DNA from: Coniocarpon cinnabarinum
Taxonomy: Eukaryota
Assembly (NCBI GenBank): GCA_051942205.1
Contig: JAVECO010000023.1
Location: 62,001 to 126,000, forward strand
Length of the DNA stretch: 64,000 nt
Direction of reading: 5' to 3'
Within the stretch, counting starts at the first letter, position 1; each line of letters starts with the position of its first letter. The notes under the pieces are model-generated. The model was given only the letters and a program-made list of their open reading frames with translations, was not told the DNA's origin and searched no databases. The position numbers and the translations under genes were made by a program. This document shows, one piece after another, positions 1-12,062 of this stretch.

Positions 1-1
1 G

Positions 2-274
2 AATCGCAAAGGCACTCTAGCGGTCGGCAAGGACGCCGACATCGCCGTTTTTGACGACACGCTGGAATGGATCGTTGGCAGCCATCGGCCATCATCCGAG
101 ACGAGAATGCATGTACGTGAGCGAGAAGGCATGCACTGGCGCCATCAATGCAGTCCAAACGATGGTATGGCACTGGAAGGGAGGGTGCTTCAGACTTGGC
201 TCCGTGGCACGAAAGTCTGGGATTTGAAGGAGGGGTTTGTTGGACAGCCGATGGGACGGACGTTGTTGGAGTGA
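2..274 (+). CDS. DAL1: Allantoinase (amidohydrolase superfamily), 3' end only; gene runs in from before the window
   Basis: Frame from base 2 (not in the ORF track) reads NRKGTLAVGKDADIAVFDD...MHWRHQCSPNDGMALEGRVLQTWLRGTKVW...GQPMGRTLLE* with TGA at 272-274. KGxLxVGxDADIxVFD and SPxxGxxLxGxVxxTWLRG are typical of the allantoinase/dihydroorotase C-terminus. Confidence 0.75.
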   Translation, partial: NRKGTLAVGKDADIAVFDDTLEWIVGSHRPSSETRMHVREREGMHWRHQCSPNDGMALEGRVLQTWLRGTKVWDLKEGFVGQPMGRTLLE

Positions 275-1407
275 GCCGCACGATGCCAGTCAGCTCCTGG
301 CGGCCACTCTTGGACCTAAAAGAAAATTTGCGGGATGGTATTTTTGGCAATAACTTCAGAGCTTTCACTGGGATATAGGCGAATACAGATTAACTCATTG
401 CCACAAGTCCCAGTCTGGGTATCTACTAGACTTTTGATGTTACTCTGTCTGCCGCGGAAAATGTTACCGTGCAGCTGCTGCTCTATTATTATCTTGGGCC
501 TTTCCAATTTCGCGGGGTTATAGGTAGAATAACAACATTCTTAAAGGGAACTCGGCTTGCTTGACTGATTATGAAGTATTGCAACCCTTACCGTACTGCC
601 TTACTGGCAGATGCAGATTCGCGATAATCACACCACACAGTGATTTCATATGTTTTAACATTTCAATAGCGACTTGAGGTGCCAACACACATTTCTGAGC
701 TATTTATGTTTGTCAAAGTTGATCGTATCGCTCCAGTGGTCAAGGAACGCCTGCGCGGATGGGTTTGCCTTTTCTTGAATGTTTACAATGACAAGGTGAA
801 CATAAACACAAAACTAAAATGTGTATGACAGCTACTTGACCTTGTGTCTTGAGATGGAACCGTCGATAGGCGAGCGGCTTTGACAAACCTACCAGATCGC
901 CATCAACTTTATAGACTTGAAAGACTTTGCACACTGAGAAGAACCCCCGTTAGAAATGCAGTTGCAGTCATGCTGATACCGATGCAAGTAACGCACAAGT
1001 AATCTGTGCATTCTCCACAAGTCTTGCATTGAACAGCGATGTGATCAATTTATACAAGTACGATTTTCAAATGTACATCTGTCAAGAGGCAACGCTGCGA
1101 CACTTTGAGCTTCCAATCTCTCACACTTTATGCAAACGTCTTTTCAAGGGGCAGAACATGCAAACGCTCCACTTGATGGAAGTTGTACTCATACAAGCCT
1201 CTTTTTGAACTCCATCAACTCTTCGCATCCACCCTTCACACTACTCGCCTCTCAACCGCGCACACCGTTGAGGGAACTTAGCTATTCCGTCGTGGATAGC
1301 TATGAGGCGCATTGCTCGTCTCCGCCGCAGGTGTCGTCCTGCAATACGTCAGTCCTGCAACCTCATCATTGCACTCAATCCATCATGTGCCGCGAAATAG
1401 TCCAAAC

Positions 1408-3648
1408 TCACTTGGCTCGCCATCCCCTCTCCCTCATTTTCTTCTTGTTCTTCCCACGACTGAGGTTCTTCATTGCCTTGAAATTTGTGGCAAGGGCATG
1501 TTTGCCCGCCACTTGCTGTCCATGACCACTCTTCTTCGCAATCTTGCCGTTCTGGACGTTCTGACTGGTGCTGGCGCTGGTTATGACGGAAGACTTGTTG
1601 ATCATGGGCAATTCATCGAAGTCATCTTCTCCTTTCGTGTCAACGTCGTTGGCGACGAGGGTGCTCGTCTGGACATTAGGGGCGTCGGGAGTATCTTCGT
1701 GAGACGAAGCGCGCATTGCGCCTTCCAATGCCAACCTGGCGGCCTCCGCCCGACCTTCAATGTGTCCTTCGACACTTGAAAGGGCGAAGGCGACGGAGTC
1801 GACTGTAGGAGCCGAGGATCTGTGGCGTTTCCGGGCAGGCTCACCCCGGACTTTGTCTTCAGACTCGTCGTCGTCATGAGCCTCCTGGTCTTTCGCGAAC
1901 GTGAATGACATAGTGTTGGAGGTGGCGGTGTCAGTAGCGGAGCCTCTGGGGTGCGCAGGGGCCGATGGCGGCAGCATTGCCTTCTCAGGCATAAGTGCCG
2001 GTTTGGGCTTGAGATTCAACTTCTTTGTTTGTCGTTTTGGTGCTTTTTTCCTGTTGAACGGATTGTTGCTGCTGCCTTGAACTTCATCACGTTCATCTCC
2101 GTCCATTCCATCTTGCATCGCCGCAGCTACACACTCACGCTTGTAGCTATCTGCTGCCTCTTCCATTTCGTCCATGGAAGCTTCTTGTCGTGAGTGCGCT
2201 TCCGCCATAAATTGGCTTAGTGGCTTACAGATGCTCTTGAGTTTGCCGTCCCGGAAGCTTGACAGCGGACGAGAGAAGACACTGAGAGATTGAGCACGGC
2301 CTTTAGATGGAGTAGCTGTGCCTATTGCATCCAGGTCAGGCCGATCAACTCCTGAGTTGTCACCAGCAATGTCATGTGAATCCGGCGGAGCTCGTAATGT
2401 TGACCTCTTCATCAAAAATTCAGGCGTTGCAAAGTCATCTGGGATATCACTGGTGAGTACATTAACGTTCGGCGACGAACTGGTAGGTTTCGAACGAGGC
2501 GTTAGTAAGCTTTTAGCGCCGGTTTTCGAAGCGGGCGAGGATGATGGGTCGTCGTCTGTCAAATCAATGACATTGTGTTTGCGTTTGTGCGACGCGCCCA
2601 TGAAAGTGTGATTGATTGCGAAGTGCCTGCCAGAGCTTGGAGGCGTACGACCGAACCGGTGAGGATTCGAGGGTGTGACTTCGGGGAGACACGATGTAGC
2701 GCGTTGTTTGCCTTTCGAAGGCGTGGAGATGGATGAGTAATCCGTGAAGTTCCAAGACTTGTTCTGAGACGTGCCAAGCGACTTGTGCGGTGTTGTGTTG
2801 ACTTGAAACTGTGCTTCTGTTGCAGCTTGTGTGGCGACGAGCCGAGCGCTGTTCCTCAGATGCATGGCACCACACATCCGATCAGTCTCGTTTTCCTCCA
2901 GATCACCCAAGCCTGGATAATCGCAGTCCAAAATACTCACGCACTCGCCATTCTTCTTGGGGGTGGCATTTACAAAAGTTTTCCGGCGCTTGGGAGTACA
3001 TTCAATGTCTTTGTTGTCATCCCCGGTGTGCTTCGACGAGGATTCTGACTGACGTGGACGTTTCCGTTGTTGCGATCGTGGCGAAGAGTTCTGGGAAGAG
3101 TTCGTCGACGAAGTGAAGCGGCCATTTTTCGAATCTCGCAGGATGTGCCTGCGGGATGGCGAGGATGGCGGCCGTCGTTGACCAGGTCGCCCATCCTCGG
3201 GTGGATTAGTATTAGGCCTAAATCGGCCCTTCGTGTCACGCTTGGAAAGCCGACTTTGACTGCGGCTGTGCGAAGTTGGACGCTCATTTTCCTTCCCCTG
3301 TGACCAGCTGCGTTCCTCGGTACGACCACGCTGTTGTTGAGATTGGAGACTCGCAGCTACGGTCTCTAACTGCCGTTGAACTTTTTGAATACCCTTCGAC
3401 TGATCCTCAGACACATCCTTCTCCAGACGTCTTGAGTCAGTGCGAGGTTCACCGAAACCGGCATCTCTCATCTTTTGATAATTATGATAATCCTTGGCCC
3501 TGGGTGGAATCGCCTTGATGTCATGGCGCGTTGGCTTATGACCATGCTGGTCCAGAAAACAACGCTCGAAATCTTTTATCCTTCGTCGAAGATGCTCAAA
3601 GTCTTCCTGAATTTGGCGGACTTCTTCGGCCATGGTCGTGGCCTCCAT
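1408..3648 (-). CDS. SLD2: DNA replication regulator Sld2/Drc1
   Basis: N-terminal LRRRIKDFERCFLDQHGHKPTRHDIK...YHNYQKMR (Sld2/RecQ4-type N-terminus); many S/T-P CDK sites; KKAPKRQTKKLNLKP; C-terminal HALATNFKAMK plus basic tail. Confidence 0.85.
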   Translation of the reverse strand: MEATTMAEEVRQIQEDFEHLRRRIKDFERCFLDQHGHKPTRHDIKAIPPRAKDYHNYQKMRDAGFGEPRTDSRRLEKDVSEDQSKGIQKVQRQLETVAASLQSQQQRGRTEERSWSQGKENERPTSHSRSQSRLSKRDTKGRFRPNTNPPEDGRPGQRRPPSSPSRRHILRDSKNGRFTSSTNSSQNSSPRSQQRKRPRQSESSSKHTGDDNKDIECTPKRRKTFVNATPKKNGECVSILDCDYPGLGDLEENETDRMCGAMHLRNSARLVATQAATEAQFQVNTTPHKSLGTSQNKSWNFTDYSSISTPSKGKQRATSCLPEVTPSNPHRFGRTPPSSGRHFAINHTFMGASHKRKHNVIDLTDDDPSSSPASKTGAKSLLTPRSKPTSSSPNVNVLTSDIPDDFATPEFLMKRSTLRAPPDSHDIAGDNSGVDRPDLDAIGTATPSKGRAQSLSVFSRPLSSFRDGKLKSICKPLSQFMAEAHSRQEASMDEMEEAADSYKRECVAAAMQDGMDGDERDEVQGSSNNPFNRKKAPKRQTKKLNLKPKPALMPEKAMLPPSAPAHPRGSATDTATSNTMSFTFAKDQEAHDDDESEDKVRGEPARKRHRSSAPTVDSVAFALSSVEGHIEGRAEAARLALEGAMRASSHEDTPDAPNVQTSTLVANDVDTKGEDDFDELPMINKSSVITSASTSQNVQNGKIAKKSGHGQQVAGKHALATNFKAMKNLSRGKNKKKMRERGWRAK

Positions 3649-3828
3649 ATTTCTAGGAACAGATAAATAGCACTGAGGCCCAGTGGTGTCAATTTTTTAC
3701 ACGTGCAAGACAGATGTTCAAAAGGCAGTCTTATTGGAACAGGTCATGCAGACATCAATGCAGTGGGCATCACGCACGTAGAACCTATAAGCGGTCGAAA
3801 ATTAAGAGGTATCAAAGCACGTGTAAGA

Positions 3829-3846
3829 ACGCGTTCTGCGACGCGT
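3829..3846. promoter_or_regulatory. Two MCB boxes (ACGCGT) upstream of SLD2
   Basis: ACGCGT at 3829-3834 and 3841-3846, about 180-200 nt upstream of the SLD2 ATG; CACGTG at 3818-3823. Confidence 0.55.
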
Positions 3847-4220
3847 GAAGCTTGACTCGTGTCACATGATCCGAGCGTCAAATCACATGCATCATACTTC
3901 ATGTCCACTCCTGACCCATCTCCATATTCTCCGACACCATGGCAGTCCCACCTTTATCCGGCCCAGTCATCACAATGGTGGGGCCCGTAGTTTCGCGGAT
4001 GCTTGGTGATATCTAGCGGAGCGGCGCCGCTCGACGAGGGAGCATGACCATCCCCGCCAGTTCCCGCCTGCGTCTGGGAAAGAATCACATGCCAAGCCTC
4101 ACAGCTGGGTCATCAAAGTCAAGCACTCGTTTCATTCACGCGTGCTAGCCGCGTTCATTACCATGTACATTGACTACGTCCATGAAGAACGTAGCCCTGG
4201 ACACAACTTGCTATCCCTCG

Positions 4221-6849
4221 TCACCCCGTCCCCTGTTCTCGCCGGATGCGCTCCTCCCTCGCCTTGACGTGCTTACTGAACTTGAGATGGCTCCGGAAGT
4301 TGGTCAGCTCCAAGTCGTTGGGGCTCACGTTGTACAGCGTGCCTGAACAGTCGAAGCAGCGAATCCGGGGCTGCCAATGCTCGGGGTGACCTTCCGGCAC
4401 GTCCTTGTTCATGCGCATTGTGCCTTCGAATCGGTCGTTGGGGCATTCCACGCGGAGACGGTCCACGGCCTGAGCCAGCCAGGCTGGTGGCGGAGGGGGA
4501 TAAACGTGTGGCGCAATATTCTGTGTGTCGTACGTCAGTAGCTGTCAAGCAATCAACATGGGCAAGGCTCACAACTCACCATGCCAGGCGGTGGAGTTGG
4601 CGTCATGCCACTCGCTGGTTTTGGTGTTCCGCTGCCTCCAGGAAGACCTCTTCCTCCACCAAGGCCAGGTGTGCTCGGCGGACCCATGAGCTGCCCGGGG
4701 CCCGGCGTCGCGCTCGTCGTCCTCGACTGTGCTTGCATCATCTCCAGCTGTCGTCTCCTCTGCATTTCTTGCTCACGCATGGGCAGGTTCTTCTTCCATT
4801 CCCGCCACCACTGTCTGAAGCGCTCTCTAGGCACCTTGATCTTGACGGTCAGACCCACGCGCTCATCTTGAGAGTCGTAATCCTCCCAAATAGGATCTGC
4901 TTTGAAGCGCAGGCTGGTAAACTTGTTTTGCTGTGGCTTCTCCTTCTCCGCCTCCGGCGACGGTGTTCGATCGTTATAGTTACGACGCATGGCGCTTTGT
5001 GCTGCGGCGGCGGCGCCTCGCATCCCTCTTGTCCGCGACGTACCTCCTCCGAGTAAATGCGCTGCTCCACGGATTGGTGACTCGCCATCTGAGGAAGAGG
5101 CTTCTAAATCCGAGTCAGATTCTTCTGCGTTCTCTCGACCCATTCCGCGCCCAGCATTCCATGGTCGCTTCTTCTTGTGTGTCATACGATATATGCCCGA
5201 CTTTTCGATCGATTCCGCAGCTCCCGGTATCGTGCTTGCGACGACGCGCGTGCGATTGACTTGTGGTCGCTCCTTCAGATCGGGAAGGGTTGGTCCGCCT
5301 AGTTTTGCATCGTCAGCTCAAAATCAAAAGCAGATGCCTGCGATCAAACCGCAGACAGCCCAAAGCAGAGGCAGGCAAGGATAATGTCAGATGGCAGTTC
5401 TTAGTATTTTTTACACCTCTCATTGATGGATCTCAAGAAAGTGTGGTGTAATCTTAAATCATCATGCAATTGATAAAGAATGCACAGAGTGGACTCACCT
5501 CCTCTCCCACTTCGTGGATCGATTCCTCTGTTGCCGGATCGTTTCTGCTGCCGCTGCTCACGGTCATAAGACAATTCCTGAGCATACTGATTCTTCTCGT
5601 CCAGCTCAAAGAAGGAAGGTGTGCAGTCCTTGGCTGACATGAAGGTGCGGAACGAAGAATTCAAGGGCGAAGGGAGGAGGTGGTCGCGAATATCAGTGGA
5701 TTCCGGGACGCGCCCGTCAAACTCATGCCCGGTCATGTAAAGTGCCTTGGTATATGGCTGGATTTGCTCGTGTATGGATGCTGCAATGGCTGTAGTGAAG
5801 TCGCCGCTCAACGACATATCCCTTGCCATCTGTCGCGCAAACTGCTCGGGGGAATTGGTCGAGTTGTTGATGTCCCAGTCGAATTGATCGGTCAGTTGAT
5901 GCTGTCCAATGGTGATGTTCAATTTGATTTGCACGCGGATCTCGTCGTTCTTGTAGGCAGCATATGGAAAAGTAGAGTCTAGCGCATCATCGACGATAGC
6001 GGGATGAGGGTGGAAGTCTTCAATCTGCTCGACCAGCGACTTGTGCGCCTCTCGAAGAAAGTGATTATGCGCCTCGCTGGGTAATTTGAAGTCTTCAATT
6101 AGTCCTGCAACAAACGTCTGCGGGTTCACAACCTGATCAGTGATGTTCCACGTAAACGTATCACGAAGTCGGAGTTTCTCAAACTCGATGTCCAATCGAA
6201 TGGGCGCCAATTGTTCGATTTGTTCGGCTTGCTCTTGTCGATGTCTGCCCGTCACACGCAAGGGAAGTGCTTTGCGATTAGCGACAGGACGCTTCTCTGA
6301 TTGATACACGGGTCGAGTGTGTCGCCTTTGCGCCTCGAATATCCTCTTCCGGTGATACTCCTCCCATGCCTTGCGCTCTTCCTTTAAACCCTGCTCAAGT
6401 ATTTTGAGACGTTCACCGTCGCGCACCTTTGCTGCAGCATGGACCTGATCGTGGGCAATGTATTGATGGAGCGAGAGTCCGACGTAGTCGGAAGGTTTGG
6501 CTGTATTGCTCGCATCGATGCGCGAGCCCGAGCGGGAACGCTTGCGACTTGCAGGTGTCGCATTTCGACTGGCGCCGTTGCTGAGGGCAGGAGGTTTCAA
6601 AGGATTGCCATTGGGTGGAGTCTGAGTCGACCGAGCGCCGGAAGACGACATCAAATTGCGCGCCTTCTCCTTGCTGTGGGAGAGACTGTCGGTAGTATGT
6701 GAAGACAGAACTGCGGATTGCTGCGCAGATGCTAGCGAACTATTCGCAGTAGGTAATTGACTCGCGTCGTCATGGGCCGCAGCAGATGTTGTGGTTGGAT
6801 TGATTGGCGCGATAGATGTGATAGGCGCGTCGTCCAGGGAAGAGGTCAT
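4221..6849 (-). CDS. SNF5: SWI/SNF subunit Snf5 (3 exons; introns ~5299-5498 and ~4521-4579)
   Basis: SNF5 repeats LAPIRLDIEFEKLRLRDTFTWN and IKLNITIGQHQLTDQFDWDI...SPEQFARQMARDMSLSGDF. Splicing GTGAGT..CTGAC..TAG restores RGGGPTLPDLKER. Last exon has PRIRCFDC...NFRSHLK. Confidence 0.92.
5383..5470 (-). ncRNA. Intronic box C/D snoRNA with a guide antisense to 18S rRNA helix 34
   Basis: Minus strand: C box ATGATGA (5465-5459), candidate D' TTGA and C' ATGAGA, internal stem TTACACC/GGTGTAA, guide ACTAAGAACTGCCAT directly before D box CTGA (5390-5387). The guide pairs 14/15 with conserved 18S AUGGCCGUUCUUAGU. It lies in an unusually long 200-nt intron. Confidence 0.8.
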
Positions 6850-8138
6850 CTTGGATGGCTCGGGCTGAGGGCGAACATGTCAAGACGCCGTGGGGCAGAG
6901 TCTGAGGGATAAGAATGGTGATGCGGAAAGAGAGTTGTTGCGGGAGTAGCCAGCGCAATGAATAGTACACGGGCGCGTGTTGCGGATTGGAGAAAGTTGT
7001 TAGTTCTATATCAGATTGCGCATGGGCCTGAGCAGACTGAGGCCAAGGTCACGTGCTGTCACCCTACCAGGACAAACACGGAAAAGAAGGACTATCGCAA
7101 GTACCCGTTTTAGGACTGGAGCGATATACCTACCTAACCTGAAACCACAGCCACAAGCCTCGGGAAGCATAGAAAGCCGTGGACGGGCACACGAGCCCTC
7201 CTTTATCTGTAGAATCTCACTGGAGTCCACACACTCCTTGGAACTTCAGTCCGTCAACTCAATACGACTTTCGAGATAGTTTTAAGCTTCACTACATCTT
7301 TATTCCATCCACCAATTGGTGATGCGATGTGAGGTTTTCTTTATTGCATTAGACGCCTTGGACAAGTAGCTACTGGAGCAGGCGATGCATGCATCGAGTC
7401 CAGTCAAGCAGCCCGAATATGTATGACACCAACGCCGATGGAGTTCTAGCGCTGTGCCCTAGGGTCCTGATTCCAGCAGCATGAAAACAGATCGAGAACT
7501 ACCTGTCAGAACGTTAAGTATGAAGTTGTGCGCGCTTTTCGAAGCGCGAGCACTTTGTTTAAACCTTATTCTAAGTCCTCGGGACTATCTCGGTCTCGAG
7601 TTACTAGACCAGCCTGCAAACAGCAGATAACGCCTACTTTTCTGTGATTCTCATGTCGAACACCGCCAAATGAGCACCGTACTGATAAATCCTGTTGAGT
7701 CTAATACGCACATTCCTTGCATACGTCTCGAGACAGTGGTCATCGATCCAAGAAGTGATATCCGTAGACTAAATACCAGACGGATTCTTCATCTACAGTC
7801 ATCTCGCGCATGCGCCATTGCTCAGTATTACTGCGCGACCGTTGTGTAGTGTGTGGACTGTTGTTGAACTGTCTTCTGCTTTTAGAAGAATGGCTGGAAC
7901 AAGTTGCAGAATTTTGAAAAAAAAAAAGTTGATGGTGCTGCGGACGATCCGTGTGACGACGAACAGCTGAAGCGAACACCTGGATCTCTCACAATGTGCG
8001 CCACTTCCAAAACTCTGTCCTGCAAGAAGGGTTTCAAGGGAGATGTCTAGCGAAGTCTGCGTAATAAATTCCATGTGAAGATGTGTCTAGATCCAGGCTT
8101 GGAATACCTAAGTTACTGCTCGCCTTCTGCACGGCCAC

Positions 8139-9049
8139 ATGTCAGCTGTTTTCCACAGCGCGCCTATCATGTCTTCTCCCACTCAATTCATATTACTGGA
8201 ACTTCAGGACTCGGATCTCCGTTCATTCCGGATGTGGAAATGGGAAACGGCTATTCAGATGCTTCGTACTACTCTCGCTCGTCTCACTGTCTTGGTGATA
8301 CATTTGGCCAAGCGTACAGAGGTCCCTCCAACCGTCCAAGCCCCAAGCCATTGGAGGGTCCCTTTCGTTGGACACTTCATGCATGACTTTGGTGCGCTGA
8401 TTAGTCGACTACGCCGCGGCACCGAGCGTGTCAAGGACACGTTTGCCTCACACCTAGGTGGCGAAAGTGTAACCTTCATCGTCTTATCCTAAGACTCCAA
8501 GTACATACACAGAAGCTCTAAAATGACCCACAACTACCCTGTGAAGCTAGCCTTCTCTGATTTGGCATTTCGAATCATGCAGTCCGCGAGATGTGGTCCA
8601 TTCATTACCCTGACCGGGACTCTACGTGTGTCCCACATTTTCAAAATCCTTACGAGTCTTGCAAGAAGAGACTCCGCGGCCATCAATAAAGCGGTGCTAC
8701 CATCGCCGCTGGCACGAACCTCGTCATCGTTTACAAAGAGATTTTGCGAGAACGCGAGATCTTCGGTGACAATGCCGAGGAGTTTCATTGGTATCGCTTC
8801 CTCGGAAAGGAGCATATGGCTAAGCCGCCTGGGTTCCGGCCATTCGATGGCGGTATGGGCCAGTGTCCCGGCTGGCAACCGACCCATGCGCAGGTGCCAG
8901 CCTTGATTGCCCTCCTGATCATGAAGTATGAATTTGACGGGTGTGGAAGCCGGGTTCCCAATCTCGACTGCAAGTCGCCACCGAATGTGATGAGTCCGCC
9001 GGTGCCAGGCCAGGATATGATTGTGAAGGTGGCGCCGAGGAAGCACTAG
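8139..9049 (+). pseudogene. Cytochrome P450 relic (CYP7-like group), internally deleted and nonsense-disrupted
   Basis: N-terminal PPTV...RVPFVGHF piece ends in TAA at 8490. C-terminal IFGDNAEEFHWYRFL and a degenerate heme motif PFDGGMGQCPGW. The span of about 0.9 kb is too short for a full P450. Confidence 0.7.
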
Positions 9050-10309
9050 GAGAAGGAAACTTGACAGATTGCGGTGACAATCTTATAGGAAAGAGCTAAC
9101 TGCAGAGACAAAACGACATGACGACGCGGAATGCTCCAGGACTATATCGACACTGAAGAATGTAACCACTGTCGTGGTCTGTTCTTTTAAACGCTGAGCT
9201 CATGCAGCGCAGCAGTGGAGAAATACTCAGTAACTTGCTGTTTCAAATGCTCTAAATGTGGACCCGCATTAGCTTGAAACAATTCAATACATGAGCTACC
9301 CTTCAGTGAATGCTTTAGCGTAGGTCAAAACGGGCGTTTCAGAGTTGAAAAAACAGGACAAAACTAACAAGACAGTCGAACGATCCGTCTTGTGGATCAA
9401 GCATCCGCACCCAATGCAATGCAGTCTTGGACCTTGATTGTGAAAACTTCTCCATCGCTTGAACATCGATGGCTTTGTTGTTGACTCAAGGCCGTTGGAA
9501 TGACAACTTCCCGCACGCAGTCAGTAGTGACATCGTCAGTATCAAGTCGACAGTATCCGCTTAGAGGGGAGGGAGCATCATCGCGTGCTCTTCAATGCAA
9601 TGCCAAGAAGCTGCTGATGGTAGTCGCCTAGCAGTGTGAAGCGGAGAGCGCAAGTCTAGAAAAGCAGCAAGGGCTGATGGTAGCGGCACGATGCCTACGG
9701 GTACGGCTTCACGAATATGCTGAAAAGCAGCAATAGTAGCTGCGGTTCGGTTCGGCTGCGGAGGCACAAGCTCGATCACCCGACGTATGTAAGCGTCAGG
9801 TAGCTTTGTAAGGGGTAATAGCATTTGGACTTAGTTTCCATTCTCAATCGCCTTCACCCATGGGATTCACCAATCACACGATGTGTGCCGCGTTGAGCAG
9901 CATCAGTGTGTTCAGACACGACGTCGAGCCAGTCAGTCGGTTTATGACTACTAGCAGGGGCAGTCTTTCTCGGACTGACGATGACAGTATCAATGCACCC
10001 TCAAAATGGGCCAAAAGCACCTCGATTCATTCTTCACACCCTCAATGACTTCTCCTCTATGGACTTAAGTTCACAATGTTATCTATGAAGCTGCCGTCAA
10101 CATTTCAAGCTGGTTAGGTATGGGTCGTAAATCATTCCTCGTCTGCCTGCTGCTTCTTCAACTACTCAAATAGTTTTCATCGCTATGCTCAGGTCGTAGG
10201 ACATTATGCTCAGGAATTGAGTTCCTTTTTTCGCGCTTTTGATAACTTCCACTTTTGTGCATGAGACACTCATCGCTCTTCATATTGCGCCAATTCGATT
10301 TCGCCTTGC

Positions 10310-12062
10310 TTATTGTGTCTTCTCGTCTTCCATGGAAAAGAAGCATGAGTCTTCTTCATCAATACGGTCAGGGCCAGGACCAGATGATACAAGGCGTTCT
10401 TTCCGCGTCGCGACCATGGCCGGACCACTTGCGCTGCGAGCTGTCGAGGCGGCATTGGACGAGTTCGGAAAATAAGGCTCCGCCGTTGCGGGCGTACGTG
10501 CCTTGCGAAGCTGCTCGGATAGACTTGAAACACTGCCCGGTCGCTCCTTAAAGCCCGGGGGTGAAATCGGGCCAATGGAAGGACTGCTCCCACTTGCGTC
10601 GCCGGGTTTTGACAGATGACTTGGCAGTGAAGAATTGCGTAGTGGTGATCCCACATGGCCAAAAGGTGAGGAGCCCATCTGAGCCCCAGCGTCACGCTTT
10701 GCTTGCTCGGCAAAAAATCCGCTGAAACGTGAAGGCGACGCTCCCGTCGGAGAGCCGACTTTCGACTTCGGTGAGCCTACAAGTGTGTTTTGCGGTGGGC
10801 GCCCAGCCATTTGCATTTCATCTTGCGGTCTTGAAAATCGACGCATCTTTTCCTGTGGGGTGAGCAGATCGCTAAGTGCGTCCGGCAGAAAGTCTTCCTC
10901 GTGGTTGTCATCGTCGGGCTGGAGCTGCCGATCCATGCCACGGAACAGCTCATGCCGTTCACGCACAGGAAGGCTTGCTGGGAAATCGCGAGTCATAATC
11001 GTTCGCTGACTGGACGCAATGTGGCGTGGCGCCACCTCTGCTCTAGTGTCTGGTGGAGATGAACCCAAGTCCAGTCTTTCAATGCCCTCGTTAAGAGTCG
11101 AGTCGATGTGATTGAACGCCTCTCGACCGACAGCCGACGTTGGAGGTGACGGCGCCATGAGGGGCCCGAATCCGCCATTGTTAGGTACTGACATGGCATT
11201 TGGGCCGAATTTTTGGATGTTTGGGAGGTCTTGAGAGCTAAAAGAGGGAGGTAATGGCGCGTCCAATGCACTTCGAAATGGCGGCGATCTACCAAATTGG
11301 GAGTCCATAGGCGGAGATCCAAAGGCCGATCCTGTAGGAGATCCAAAGTCGCCATTATAGTCCGACCTGTAAGGAACGTGTCTATCTAGAGGCGCCTGCT
11401 GAGGACTGCCCGGCATGTAAGGGTCACTCGAGGCGGCTGACATGCTGGCGTTGAACTGCCGTGCGTGGTTTGGCCTCGGACGTCGTGGTTCGCGACGATA
11501 GGTGGAGAGACAAGCTGGGTTGAGGAGGTTGCCGCCAGGTCCATAGTGTGGCAGAGCGCAACTGTTGCCATACTTGCAATTTCCCTAACATCGCGTGTTA
11601 GTCCGACAGAACGCTGCTCAGGTGCCGCTGCTTCAGGGAACTCACATTAATGAAAAACTTGCAGGGCTCGGGTGGTTCAGGCGCGTGGGAGTAGGGACAG
11701 GTATCACCAGCAGCGCATTGCCCTTTGTAGAAGAACTTGCAAGGCACGTGCTTAGTATCTGGAGAGTATTCAGTGATGCTAAGCGCTTGTAACTAAGAAG
11801 GAAACTCACTCTTCTGACTTGGCGCACTCGGCGGGCTTTTGGACATGAAGCCGTTGCTCGCTGGTGGTCCAGGCTGGCCTCGAGAACCGTACACAGAAGA
11901 ATTTCCATTCATGCCTGGAGGTCGGGCTGGAACAGGCACAGGACCGTTGGTGGTAGAGTAGCCGTTAGAACCGCCTGGGCTGTGCAGATCCGGAAAGCTG
12001 CTTCGCTGCGTGTGAATGGGTCTTGCGCCACTGCCTTGCGCCGCTATTCGCGAATTATCCAT
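10310..12062 (-). CDS. Tandem CCCH zinc-finger protein, Cps3/Scp3/Lee1 type (3 exons)
   Basis: Spliced reading KHVPCKFFYKGQCAAGDTCPYSH...PCKFFIN|GNCKYGNSCALPH; downstream EEDFLPDALSDLLTPQEKMRRFSR and terminal FFSMEDE; GTGAGT donors at ~11809 and ~11645. Confidence 0.8.

Noticed and set aside
275..1400. Somewhat AT-richer spacer as a transposon relic
   Set aside because: No terminal repeats, target-site duplication or transposase/RT motifs seen.
9561..9824. 87-aa ORF starting KLPDAYIRRVIEL, F-box-like
   Set aside because: Short, has no second F-box half, and may be a chance ORF downstream of the CCCH gene.
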